A stretch of 61,576 bases of DNA, the filler included. It is 3 parts of 3 records of this genome, joined end to end, with 100 filler letters (N's around TTAATTAATTAA, not from the genome) between each part and the next. Parts side by side here need not be neighbours in the genome. Positions count along the whole stretch, not along the records: positions 1 to 23,670 come from SRR20825006_2518; 2 more parts are not named here. One strand, written 5' to 3'. The position numbers and the translations under genes are program-made. Below the pieces are notes generated by a model. The model did no database searches. It worked only from the letters and a program-made list of their open reading frames with translations, and was not told the origin of the DNA. The number at the start of each line of letters is the position of its first letter. The stretch's first letter is position 1. Below, in pieces: positions 10,484-20,319 of the stretch.

Positions 10484-11386
10484 TTAAAATAAAAATCCCA
10501 AGGTAAATAAGACCGAAAAGAAAAACGTGGCCAGTGCTACTTTTTTAAGTTCAGGATCTAACAACGCCGGACTTTCATTTTGCGCCACATACGCCAGATG
10601 TTTTCCTAAAGGAATAAAAACAACACAGGCGACTACAGACCATAAATAGGTATTGGTAAAATGGAAAAACAGTAAACTCGCCACTAGCGCTCCTACGATT
10701 AAAAAGTAGTGATAGAACTTCGATTTTTTAGGCCCTAGAAAAACCGCCAATGTATTCTTTTTTGCACGCGCGTCACTCAACCGATCTCTCATATTGTTGA
10801 GGTTCAAGACCGCTATGCTCAAAAAGCCAACAGTTAATGCCGGAAGAAAAACAACAGCATCCAGCTGTGCTGCATATAAGTAGTAACTCCCTGCCACGGC
10901 CACAAGACCAAAAAAGATAAATACAAACAAATCTCCAAGTCCCATATATCCGTAAGCACTTTTACCAACTGTGTATTTTACGGCAGCAAGAATGGCCAAC
11001 AAACCCAACACAAAAAACAACACAGATTCTAAAAAGCGTTCTGAGCCAAATGCGGTATAAATAAGTGCGATACTGATCAAAAGCGTTACCGAAGCGGTAA
11101 AAACCATTCCGTTTTTTAATTGCTTGGCTGAAAGCAGTCCGCTTTGCATTGCTCTTGCAGGACCAATGCGTTCGTGATTATCGGTCCCTTTAACACCATC
11201 GCCATAATCATTGGCAAAATTAGATAGAATCTGAAATCCTAAAGTTGCCAATAACGCCAGAATACAAATATCCCATCTGAAAAATCCAGAATTAAACGCC
11301 ATTGCGCTTCCTACAATAATCCCTGAAACGGAAAGCGGCAACGTACGAAGTCGGGCTGCAGAAACCCACGCCTTAACTGGTGTCAT
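10484..11386 (-). CDS. menA: 1,4-dihydroxy-2-naphthoate octaprenyltransferase
   Basis: AARLRTLPL, NFANDYGDGVKGTD, NNMRDRLSD motifs of the UbiA family. Confidence 0.93.
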   Translation of the reverse strand: MTPVKAWVSAARLRTLPLSVSGIIVGSAMAFNSGFFRWDICILALLATLGFQILSNFANDYGDGVKGTDNHERIGPARAMQSGLLSAKQLKNGMVFTASVTLLISIALIYTAFGSERFLESVLFFVLGLLAILAAVKYTVGKSAYGYMGLGDLFVFIFFGLVAVAGSYYLYAAQLDAVVFLPALTVGFLSIAVLNLNNMRDRLSDARAKKNTLAVFLGPKKSKFYHYFLIVGALVASLLFFHFTNTYLWSVVACVVFIPLGKHLAYVAQNESPALLDPELKKVALATFFFSVLFTLGFLF

Positions 11387-11585
11387 AATTGAATCTTTAG
11401 CACAAAAATACGCTTATAAAAGGGTTTAAAGAAACGAGCAATTATAATTTTAAATGCTTTAAAAAGATATCGAAAGCGTTGTAGTGATTTCTAAAAATAG
11501 TATTTTAAACCTGATTTTGAATGAACTAACAGTTCAAGACAAAAATTCACACCTTGAATTGACAACCACTGTTTAAAAGATTACT

Positions 11586-13334
11586 ATGAAAAAACTTCTA
11601 CTTTTTAGTTTGCTACTTTCTGTCATTGTAAGCTGTAATGAAAATAAAAAAACGTCAAATACCTCAACAGAACCAGAGCAATCCATTGACAAAAAATGGT
11701 GGAAAGAAGCCATCGTTTATCAAATTTACCCGAGAAGTTTCCAAGACACTGATGGTGATGGTGTAGGAGATTTACAAGGAATCATCAACCGGCTAGACTA
11801 CGTGAAAGATCTTGGAGTTACGGCGGTATGGCTTAATCCGATTTATAGTTCGCCCAATGATGATAACGGGTATGATGTGAGCGATTATAGAAACATAATG
11901 AGTGATTTTGGCACTATGGAAGATTTTGACACGATGCTTTCTGAGATGCACGCCAGAGATATAAAGCTCGTGATGGATATTGTAGTAAATCACAGCAGCG
12001 ATGAACACCCGTGGTTTAAAGAAAGTCGAAGCTCGCGAGACAACCCTTATCGCGATTATTACCACTGGTGGCCGGTAGAAAAAGGAGAACCACCTTACCG
12101 TTATAGTCTTTTTGATGCAGAAGGAAACGCCTGGAAGTATGACGAAAAAACCAACGCCTACTATCTGCATTACTTCTCTCAAAAACAACCTGATTTAAAT
12201 TGGGAGAATCCAAAAGTGCGGCAAGAAGTTTACGATATTATGACGTTTTGGGCAGAAAAAGGTGTTGATGGTTTTAGACTTGATGCATTTCAGTTTGCAG
12301 CAAAAGACACCACATTTCCTGAGTTTCCTAAAGGTTTTGAGAAAAACTTCATTCAGTATTACGCCATGCAAGATGGTCTTCATGATTATTTAAAGGAAAT
12401 GAATGAGCAAGTTTTTAGCAAATATGACGTGATGAGCGTGGCCGAAGGCGCAGGTAGAACGCTTGAAGAAGCACACGAACTCGTAGATGCAGACCGTAAC
12501 GAGATCAATATGGCCTACGCCTTTGATGGAGTGGATATTCCTAAAGTAGAAGGGTATAAACTTTCAACTTTTAAAGAAACCTTCTCAAAATGGGACAGTG
12601 CTTTTGCAGACAAAGGGTGGATTTCCATTTTCTTGTCTAATCACGACCAAGCCCGTATGGTAAGTAGGTATGCAAATGACAGTCTGCCGTATCGTGCTCC
12701 ATCTGCAAAAATGCTCAACACGTTTATTTTAAGTATGCGTGGTACACCCTATTGCTATTTTGGGGACGAATTGGGAATGACCAATAATCCTAAACTTCAA
12801 AATATTGAAGATTACCAGGATATCGCCGCCATTAACGGATACAAAAAAGCAAAAAGTCAAGGTGAAGATATGGAAACTTTTATGCAGAATTTACGCTTTG
12901 GCTCCCGCGATCATGGCAGAACCCCGATGCAATGGAATGCTTCAGAACATGCAGGCTTCACTTCCGGGAATCCTTGGTTGCCTTTAAATCCTAATTATGT
13001 TGACGTAAATACCGAAGCAGAACTAGCCGATGAAAATTCGGTATTAAATCATTTTAAAAAGATGACTGCTCTAAGAAAAGAATCAGATGTCTTGATTTAT
13101 GGAGACTACGAGCTTCTCTTACCCGAACATTCGCAAGTATATGCGTACACACGCAGTTTAGGCGATGAGCAGTTTCTTGTTATGCTCAATTTTAGCAAAG
13201 AAAAAGTTTCGGTAACACTTGAAGAGCTCGGCAACTTTTCAGAGCTAAAAATCAACAATTATTCTAATTTGAATAAACAAGCTAACGAGCTACAGCTTGA
13301 ACCGTATCAAGCGGTGATTTTGGCAAAATCTTAG
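11586..13334 (+). CDS. GH13 alpha-glucosidase / oligo-1,6-glucosidase, lipoprotein
   Basis: Lipobox IVSC; WWKEAIVYQIYPRSF, DIVVNH, QPDLN, DGFRLDA, NHD, RTPMQW. Confidence 0.92.
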   Translation: MKKLLLFSLLLSVIVSCNENKKTSNTSTEPEQSIDKKWWKEAIVYQIYPRSFQDTDGDGVGDLQGIINRLDYVKDLGVTAVWLNPIYSSPNDDNGYDVSDYRNIMSDFGTMEDFDTMLSEMHARDIKLVMDIVVNHSSDEHPWFKESRSSRDNPYRDYYHWWPVEKGEPPYRYSLFDAEGNAWKYDEKTNAYYLHYFSQKQPDLNWENPKVRQEVYDIMTFWAEKGVDGFRLDAFQFAAKDTTFPEFPKGFEKNFIQYYAMQDGLHDYLKEMNEQVFSKYDVMSVAEGAGRTLEEAHELVDADRNEINMAYAFDGVDIPKVEGYKLSTFKETFSKWDSAFADKGWISIFLSNHDQARMVSRYANDSLPYRAPSAKMLNTFILSMRGTPYCYFGDELGMTNNPKLQNIEDYQDIAAINGYKKAKSQGEDMETFMQNLRFGSRDHGRTPMQWNASEHAGFTSGNPWLPLNPNYVDVNTEAELADENSVLNHFKKMTALRKESDVLIYGDYELLLPEHSQVYAYTRSLGDEQFLVMLNFSKEKVSVTLEELGNFSELKINNYSNLNKQANELQLEPYQAVILAKS

Positions 13335-13420
13335 CTACGCTTTAGAAATTATTTAATAGCGCTAAAAGCGGTTGCAACGCATTGAATAAGTAAATTCAAA
13401 CACAACCTAACACCGCTACT

Positions 13421-13954
13421 ATGAATACTTCTTACTTTTTTAAAAACTTAACTATGATCCCTGAAGTTTTTCTGGGAACACTTTTTATTTTCTTGCTCGT
13501 TGTAGTACTGACGCGAATTTTTGGACTGAAAAGTTTCAGTAAAATGACCGGCTTTGATTTTGTCATCACAGTTGCCATTGGTAACATTATTGGGATGAGC
13601 ATCAACTCGAGTAAACCGGCAATTCTACTGGGGGCTTTTATATTACTCGCGCTTTTTGCTTTGAATTACGCAGTAACCCTATTGCGCTTCAAGTCAAAAA
13701 AAGCTGAAGATCTTATTGATAATGATCCCTTGCTGCTGATGGAAAACGGTCAAATATTAGAAGAAAATATGAAAGCCAGTAAAGTGACTCAGGCCGAATT
13801 GCAGTCAAAATTACGTGAAGCCAATGTAATCAGATTGAGTCAGGTAAAAGCGGTGATTTTAGAAACTACCGGAGAAATAAGTGTACTGCATAGCAATGAT
13901 CAAAGCATCACGATCGAAGATTACATTATGGGCGACGTGATCAGGCAAAAGTAA
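13421..13954 (+). CDS. DUF421/YetF family membrane protein
   Basis: GLKSFSKMTGFDFV, KLREANV, AVILETTGEISV. Confidence 0.85.
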   Translation: MNTSYFFKNLTMIPEVFLGTLFIFLLVVVLTRIFGLKSFSKMTGFDFVITVAIGNIIGMSINSSKPAILLGAFILLALFALNYAVTLLRFKSKKAEDLIDNDPLLLMENGQILEENMKASKVTQAELQSKLREANVIRLSQVKAVILETTGEISVLHSNDQSITIEDYIMGDVIRQK

Positions 13955-14146
13955 ATGACTTTTCCAACGCTTGCTTGAAGTACGCTCCTCCAATTATTCA
14001 AATAATCCTTTGAATTTCAGTTGATTTAAGCAGGACACTACAGGTTAGACAAATGCAAACCCTTAATTAATTTTACGGGGATATTAGCGAACACCATGTT
14101 CTTCGCAATCGATATCGCTAATAAAGTTTAATCATACGTAGTACAC

Positions 14147-15367
14147 ATGAAATTAAAATTACGCTTACATCCTTTTTTCATTTTAAGTTTTCTGGCACTT
14201 GGAAGCACCTGTATGGTATCTTGTGATTCAGACGACACCTTACCGGTAGAACCGGAAGAAGCTACGGTTGCGCAGCTGCAATCCTTTTCGGTCAAACCAG
14301 GAAAAAACCGAGTTTTTGTAGAAGGAACAGTTCCTGCCAATGCCAATATTGCTGAAATTAGAATTTACTGGAATGAGCAATCAGATTCCAAGACCATTGC
14401 GGTCTCCTCTTCTTCTGAAGCGCAGCAAATCTCAACGTATATTGAAAACCTAGATGAAAAATTTTATGCATTTGAGGTGCAAACAGTAACCGCCGCCGGA
14501 GATGGCTCTATCCTCTTAAAAGGAGGCTCAGAAGTTTACGGCGATAATTACAGCAACCTTTTATTTAATCGTCCTGTTAACGCCAATGTTCTTGAAGAAA
14601 GTTCGTTAACTATCGAATTTGGTGAGATGGATTTAAGTACCGGTGTCATTGGCACACAACTCAATTATGAAACTACCGAAGGTTCTCAGGAAGAGCTTTT
14701 TATTCCGGTAAGTAAAAACGATCTTAAAATCACAGACTTTAAAGCGGGTACATCGTACAGCTATCGCAGCGTATTTGTGCCCTCTCCTGTGGCTGTCGAT
14801 ACGTTTTATACTGACAATGCGAGCTATATGCCTATTGAGTTTCCTAAACTCGTAAATGCTGCTGTACCTTTTGCGGCAAGCTCCATAAGCGGTCGCTGGG
14901 GAATTCTGGAAGATTGGACCACTACAGATCCCGTACTTATTCATAACGGCCACGGCGGTTGGGATGAGTGGAATAACAATATTTTTAATATTGAATCTGG
15001 CTGGGGAGCTCCCGCTATCACAAATGGAAAAGTTTACCAATCAGTAATGACCGGTCCCGGCGAATTTGCGCTAGAAGTTTCTGTAAGAGATAGTAACCAC
15101 AGTGAGAGTGATGAAGGCGGTGCTTATTTTGTGATCGCTAAAGGAACAACATTGCCTGACGTGGCTGATGTAACAACCTCTGCCGAAGTTCTTGCTTACG
15201 AACGCATACATACTACTGCTAATTCCGGCACCCCGGAAATCTACAGCATTCCTTATACCATAGAAGAAGCTACAACCATTACCATCGGTCAGGTCACCAC
15301 ACAATGGGGACAAACACCCGGACGTTTCTGCAATATTTTCTCTTTTGAAATTGTGCCCGGTAATTAA
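14147..15367 (+). CDS. Bacteroidota surface lipoprotein, DUF4998/DUF5013-like
   Basis: Lipobox MVSC-DSDD; PGKNRV...VYGDNY...NR N-terminal block; C-terminal RWGILEDW...ITNGKVYQ. Confidence 0.6.
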   Translation: MKLKLRLHPFFILSFLALGSTCMVSCDSDDTLPVEPEEATVAQLQSFSVKPGKNRVFVEGTVPANANIAEIRIYWNEQSDSKTIAVSSSSEAQQISTYIENLDEKFYAFEVQTVTAAGDGSILLKGGSEVYGDNYSNLLFNRPVNANVLEESSLTIEFGEMDLSTGVIGTQLNYETTEGSQEELFIPVSKNDLKITDFKAGTSYSYRSVFVPSPVAVDTFYTDNASYMPIEFPKLVNAAVPFAASSISGRWGILEDWTTTDPVLIHNGHGGWDEWNNNIFNIESGWGAPAITNGKVYQSVMTGPGEFALEVSVRDSNHSESDEGGAYFVIAKGTTLPDVADVTTSAEVLAYERIHTTANSGTPEIYSIPYTIEEATTITIGQVTTQWGQTPGRFCNIFSFEIVPGN

Positions 15368-15398
15368 GATTATTTATTTGAACTAGCCATCCAAATAG

Positions 15399-15431
15399 AA
15401 AGGGGAACTTTAGTATAAAGTTCCCCTTTTT
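15399..15431. terminator. Bidirectional intrinsic terminator
   Basis: aaaggggaacttt-agtat-aaagttccccttt between convergent genes. Confidence 0.8.
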
Positions 15432-15454
15432 AAAATCAAAACAACTAACTAAAC

Positions 15455-16402
15455 TTACTTACTCGCTGTGTTTAAAACAGCAAGATCTTCAGAATCTAAT
15501 TTTAATTTTGGTGCTTCAAAAATGGTCTTTAATTGCTTTTCACTCGTTGCGCTGGCAATAGGAGCGCCTATATGCGGTTGCGCCATCAACCAAGCCAAGG
15601 AGACGGTCGCTTGAGATGTGTTATGCTTTTCAGAAACTTGATCTAAGGCTTTTAAAACTTCGAGTCCCTTCTTATCTAGATATTTTTTTACACTATCTCC
15701 GCGTACGCTCTTATTCAGATCGTCTTCAGAGCGGTATTTACCGGTTAAAAAACCTGCGGCTAATGACCAATACGGAAATACCGTAAGGTTATATATTTCG
15801 GCCAAAGGTGCATAGTTGCTCTCGTAGCCTTCTCGCTCTACCAAATTATAGTGCGGCTGCAAGGCTTGATACTTAGGCAGATTATTTTTTTCGGAAGCTG
15901 CAAAAGAAGCTTCTAGTCGTTCTGGTGAAATATTTGAAGACGCTATATGACGCACCTTTCCGGCTTTTATGATTTCATCGTATGCCTCAAGAGTTTCTTC
16001 CACCGGAGTTTTTTCATCATCAAAATGCGTGTAATACAAATCAATATAATCTGTTTGCAAGCGCTTTAAAGATTTGTCAACCGCTTCCAGAATATGTTTC
16101 TTACTGGTATCAACAGGGTGTGTTCCGGTTTCGCCACCTACTTTAGTCGCCATTATGATTTGATCTCTGTTTCCGCGAGACTTCATCCATTTACCTAATA
16201 TGGTTTCAGACTGACCGCCATCTTTTCCATCTACCCAATACGAGTACATATCTGCTGTATCAATAAAGTTGAAACCTTGATCTACAAAGGCATCCAGAAT
16301 TTCAAATGATTGCTTTTCATCTAAGGTCCAACCAAAAACATTTCCTCCTAAATTAATAGGTGCTACGTGTAAATCGGTGGTTCCTATTTGTATCTTTTTC
16401 AT
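15455..16402 (-). CDS. Aldo/keto reductase
   Basis: LGGNVFGW, FIDTADMY, ATKVG, SLKRLQTDYIDLYYTH. Confidence 0.93.
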   Translation of the reverse strand: MKKIQIGTTDLHVAPINLGGNVFGWTLDEKQSFEILDAFVDQGFNFIDTADMYSYWVDGKDGGQSETILGKWMKSRGNRDQIIMATKVGGETGTHPVDTSKKHILEAVDKSLKRLQTDYIDLYYTHFDDEKTPVEETLEAYDEIIKAGKVRHIASSNISPERLEASFAASEKNNLPKYQALQPHYNLVEREGYESNYAPLAEIYNLTVFPYWSLAAGFLTGKYRSEDDLNKSVRGDSVKKYLDKKGLEVLKALDQVSEKHNTSQATVSLAWLMAQPHIGAPIASATSEKQLKTIFEAPKLKLDSEDLAVLNTASK

Positions 16403-16419
16403 TGCTTTTTATTTTCTAA

Positions 16420-17250
16420 TTATTGTCCTATTGATTTTTCCATAAGAATGCGCCACACGTTCATAGGCAGCCATTCTTCATAATTTTTCCAATGTTTGTA
16501 TTTAGGCAACTCAACCTTATTTGGAATCTTAAACAGATTAGTCCCTTTATCCAGCTCTTTTTGAATTGCCGCATACAAATCATCAAAGTAGTTTTGCATC
16601 AACGTTAGATCTTCGCGCGTACCTACGGCACGCACATGCGACATCAATAAAGTATCAAAATCCAACTTCTGAATCTCTTTTAGCGATGCCACCCAGTTTT
16701 TAGGGTCAGCGTCTGGGAGATACGCATAAAGCACACGATCTGGCACCACGAGATCAATGGTAAAGACGATGTTATGCTCAGGAAACCTAAATACAGTCAT
16801 TCCGTCTCCGTGATTTCTTCCGTAGAAAAATAACTCGATTTGCTTTTTTCCAATGGAATAAATGGTATCGCTTCCTGTCCAGGTTTGATCAGGCATCAAA
16901 ACATCCGGATTGGGCGTAATCGTTTCTGCCGCTTTTTCGTGACTAATGATCGTTGCACCTTCCGCTTTAAAAATTTGAGCTCCGCTGATATGATCCCAAT
17001 GATTATGACTGTAAAACACTGTTTTAACCGGCAAATCAGTCACCTTGTTTATAGCCTTCATTGTAGCTTCAGCGTGTCGTGCATCTAAGGGATCTATAAC
17101 CACAACTTGATCGTCTGTTACATAAAAGCAAGAGTAGGTACGGTCGCCCACCATATACAAGTTGTTTTCGACCTTGATCGTCTTTATTTCCTGCGCTTGG
17201 ACTAAAAACCCAACAAAGATGGCAATAGCTACTGTGATCTTAGTTCGCAT
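16420..17250 (-). CDS. Exported MBL-fold metallo-hydrolase
   Basis: Signal peptide; SHNHWDH metal-binding motif. Confidence 0.85.
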   Translation of the reverse strand: MRTKITVAIAIFVGFLVQAQEIKTIKVENNLYMVGDRTYSCFYVTDDQVVVIDPLDARHAEATMKAINKVTDLPVKTVFYSHNHWDHISGAQIFKAEGATIISHEKAAETITPNPDVLMPDQTWTGSDTIYSIGKKQIELFFYGRNHGDGMTVFRFPEHNIVFTIDLVVPDRVLYAYLPDADPKNWVASLKEIQKLDFDTLLMSHVRAVGTREDLTLMQNYFDDLYAAIQKELDKGTNLFKIPNKVELPKYKHWKNYEEWLPMNVWRILMEKSIGQ

Positions 17251-17252
17251 CA

Positions 17253-18047
17253 CTATACTATATAATTAGCTACACCACCATCTACACGTAATGCTGCTCC
17301 ATTTGTTGCTGCCGAAAGCGGACTCGCAACATAAACGACCATATTAGCTACCTCTTCTGTCTCTGCAAATCGTTGAATGAGCGAAGTAGGTCTGCGCTCT
17401 TCAAAAAACGCTTCAACAACCTTTTCTACTGAAGTATCCTGTTCTTTGGCAGTTTCCTTCAGATCATTGGCATTCGCTCTACTCATTGTTGGTCCCGGCA
17501 ACACACTGTTTACGGTCACATTAGTTCCCTTACTCAGCCTTGCTAAACCTCTGGAGATCGCAAGTTGGGCGGTTTTACTAAAGCCGTAGTGTACCATTTC
17601 GGTTGGAATATTCAGCGCAGATTCACTTGAGATGAAAATAATTCGGCCTTCATTTTTCTTCAACATTTTAGGGAAATAATGACGCGCGAGACGTACGCCA
17701 CTCATCACATTCACTTCAAACATCTCAAACCATTCGTCATCTGTGATATTCTCAAAATCAACCTGATTAAAAATCCCCACGTTATTCACGAGAATATCTA
17801 CATCAGGAATCTCCTCTAGTAGATGATCTATGTGCTCCTTTTTTGCGAAGTCGGCAACGATACCTGTAATTTCTTCGTTTCCGGTTTCTTTCTTCAAGTC
17901 TTTAATTACTTCTGCGATATCCTTGGCTTTTCTTCCATTGATAATTACGTGCGCACCTTCTTGCGCCAGACCTTTGGCAATAGCTTTTCCTATTCCGGCA
18001 GTAGAACCGGTTACCAATGCAGACTTTCCTTTTAACTGTAAATCCAT
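17253..18047 (-). CDS. SDR family oxidoreductase
   Basis: TGSTAGIG, NNVG, YGFSK catalytic motif. Confidence 0.93.
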   Translation of the reverse strand: MDLQLKGKSALVTGSTAGIGKAIAKGLAQEGAHVIINGRKAKDIAEVIKDLKKETGNEEITGIVADFAKKEHIDHLLEEIPDVDILVNNVGIFNQVDFENITDDEWFEMFEVNVMSGVRLARHYFPKMLKKNEGRIIFISSESALNIPTEMVHYGFSKTAQLAISRGLARLSKGTNVTVNSVLPGPTMSRANANDLKETAKEQDTSVEKVVEAFFEERRPTSLIQRFAETEEVANMVVYVASPLSAATNGAALRVDGGVANYIV

Positions 18048-18062
18048 AGCTTTTTTTTGTTG

Positions 18063-18455
18063 TTAGTTGCTTTTGCTTAAAACGCCTTGATTGTATTCTG
18101 AAAACAAAAAGAGGATTGCGAGGTACAACCCGTAAAAGAGTTGAATCGCAACCGCCGACCAATTTTCTTGAAACGAGCTGCCAAAAATGAGTACGCACAC
18201 TAGTACAATACTCACAGCAGCAGTCTCCTTTGCTTTAAAACCAATGATAAGCGCTATTCCCAATAACAACTCGACAAATGGAAGTATAAGGGCGAAAGGC
18301 TTAACGAGTTCAACCGGCAAATAGGTTTCGGCAAAGGAGTTGGTCATACCTTGTGCAAAAGCCGTGAGTTTAGGGATACGTATAAAACCGTGTCCTAAAA
18401 AACTAAACCCGATAGGCAATCGCGCCAACGTATAGGCTGCTTGTTTCCTAGTCAT
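18063..18455 (-). CDS. DoxX family membrane protein
   Basis: ARLPIGFSFLGHG...LPFVELLLG, four TM helices. Confidence 0.8.
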   Translation of the reverse strand: MTRKQAAYTLARLPIGFSFLGHGFIRIPKLTAFAQGMTNSFAETYLPVELVKPFALILPFVELLLGIALIIGFKAKETAAVSIVLVCVLIFGSSFQENWSAVAIQLFYGLYLAILFLFSEYNQGVLSKSN

Positions 18456-18607
18456 AACTGTGAGGTGGGTTAAGGCTATATTGAAGTCCTGCCGTTTGGG
18501 ACAGTTCTTCAGTTTTAAGCATTAGCTGTTTTTCTTTTCTACGAAATAACAACAGAACGACTTCAACTTTCTTGTAAAAACAAATGATTAAACTGTAATT
18601 TTACATT

Positions 18608-19462
18608 ATGAAACGTTATACTCAGTTTAACAGATTAATCGTTGACGACTTTACTACTGATGTTTGGCAGCATCCGTTGCACAACCACAATCATTATGAA
18701 GTAATCTTCATCAGGTCTGGCAGCGGCATTCACCATCTCAACAATAGTCTGGTGCCCTACGAGCCCGGACACCTCTATTTACTAGGACCCGAAGACGAAC
18801 ACGAATTCATTATTGAAGAGACGACAAACTTTGTCTATTTTAAATTTACCAAACTCTACTTTGACACCTTTGATGGCGAAAATCCGGCGGTATGGAATCA
18901 ACATATTGATAAATTATTGAGTAAAAAATGGAGTAGAAAACGGAATTTGCTAAGAAACAAAGAGGACGTTAGTATTGTTGACGATCTGTTTAAACTCATT
19001 GTAACCGAATATGAACGCAATGCACTTTTAAGTAAAAAGCTGGTCAATCATCACTTTAAAGCCATTTTATTGGTATTGAATAGAAATGGGCCGAACTGCG
19101 ATAAAAAGCAACAACGAAGAGCCGACTCAGATATCACCGAAGCTTTGCTGGAATATATTGAGCTTAACATTTACGATCCTAAAAGTGTTTCTCAAAAGCA
19201 GATCGCGCAGCATTTTCACTATTCACCAAATTATATCGGGATCCTTTTTAAAAAGAATATTGGAGCTTCGCTTAAAAAGTATATTCAGGATTATCGCTTC
19301 AACCTATTAAAACAGCGACTCAAACACGGTCACTTGAGCACCAAACAACTCAGTCTTGATTTCGGGTTTACTGATGAAAGTCACCTGCATAAATTTGTAA
19401 AAGCTCAATCAGGAAAAAGTCTACTTCAGCTTAAAAAACAGATTTTACCAGAACGCGCGTAG
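18608..19462 (+). CDS. AraC family transcriptional regulator (cupin sensor)
   Basis: HPLHNHNHYE cupin; C-terminal FGFTDESHLHKF HTH; divergent from the doxX operon. Confidence 0.92.
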   Translation: MKRYTQFNRLIVDDFTTDVWQHPLHNHNHYEVIFIRSGSGIHHLNNSLVPYEPGHLYLLGPEDEHEFIIEETTNFVYFKFTKLYFDTFDGENPAVWNQHIDKLLSKKWSRKRNLLRNKEDVSIVDDLFKLIVTEYERNALLSKKLVNHHFKAILLVLNRNGPNCDKKQQRRADSDITEALLEYIELNIYDPKSVSQKQIAQHFHYSPNYIGILFKKNIGASLKKYIQDYRFNLLKQRLKHGHLSTKQLSLDFGFTDESHLHKFVKAQSGKSLLQLKKQILPERA

Positions 19463-19674
19463 TCTTCTTTTTACACATTTAACATTCAAAATAGCTTTTA
19501 TTAAGCACATAAAACACTCATCTGTCAATCAACATATTAGTACTTTAAATTATGTGAATTTTTAGAATTTTCACTTAACAGAGCTTAACAAAACCTGATT
19601 TTTTTTAATACTTCTTAAGCATTAGGCTGTTGAATATAGCCCTAGTTTAGCTCTAAACATTAAAATTTAAAAAG

Positions 19675-20268
19675 ATGAAACGTTTATTGATATATACAGG
19701 AACAGCTATTTTTTCGTTAGCGATTTTGGCGTGTAATACGCAAACAACTAAAAAAGATCTAGCTGAAAATAAACCTGCAGAAACCGAACTTACTAAACCG
19801 CAGCCACCTGCTGAAGAAGTAGTTCCTGAAGGGTACGAAGTTTATAAGAGTCCGAGCCTTATGGATGGTTGGAAGTTGAGCTTTTTACATCCCGAGCGAG
19901 CTTCGGTAGAAGGATCAGGTACACAAATGATCATTAGATACACAGGCGAAGACAACTCCTTTTACGGTGGTTTGACTGACGGATTCATCGTTTCTATGAC
20001 AATGAGCAACGATGAAGCTTTGGAGCAAAAAATTGAAAACAACACCCCAGAGAAAATGGGTGAATACGAGGTATATTCTTATCGAGCATTGAACAGTATT
20101 GGTTCTGCACAGGTAGATCATTACTTGATTCAATTAAATGCTTCAGGAGATTCACAGCCCGTGTATGCCGACTTTTCAATGGCGGTTAAGGGTGATTCAG
20201 ATGCTGAATATAAGGCGATGATTCAAGAGATTTTTGAATCGATGACTTGGTCGCAAGAAACGGTATAA
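19675..20268 (+). CDS. Hypothetical lipoprotein
   Basis: Lipobox ILAC; no recognised catalytic motif. Confidence 0.7.
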   Translation: MKRLLIYTGTAIFSLAILACNTQTTKKDLAENKPAETELTKPQPPAEEVVPEGYEVYKSPSLMDGWKLSFLHPERASVEGSGTQMIIRYTGEDNSFYGGLTDGFIVSMTMSNDEALEQKIENNTPEKMGEYEVYSYRALNSIGSAQVDHYLIQLNASGDSQPVYADFSMAVKGDSDAEYKAMIQEIFESMTWSQETV

Positions 20269-20287
20269 TAAGAATTAATTAAAAAGT

Positions 20288-20313
20288 AAAAAGGGCGCTC
20301 ATAGCGCCCTTTT
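20288..20313. terminator. Bidirectional intrinsic terminator
   Basis: aaaaagggcgct-cat-agcgcccttt between convergent genes. Confidence 0.8.
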
Positions 20314-20319
20314 CTATGT

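Noticed and set aside
16420-17250. MBL-fold protein as a beta-lactamase or AHL lactonase linked to the luxRI locus
   Set aside because: HxHxDH alone does not specify substrate, and it lies on a different contig from luxRI.
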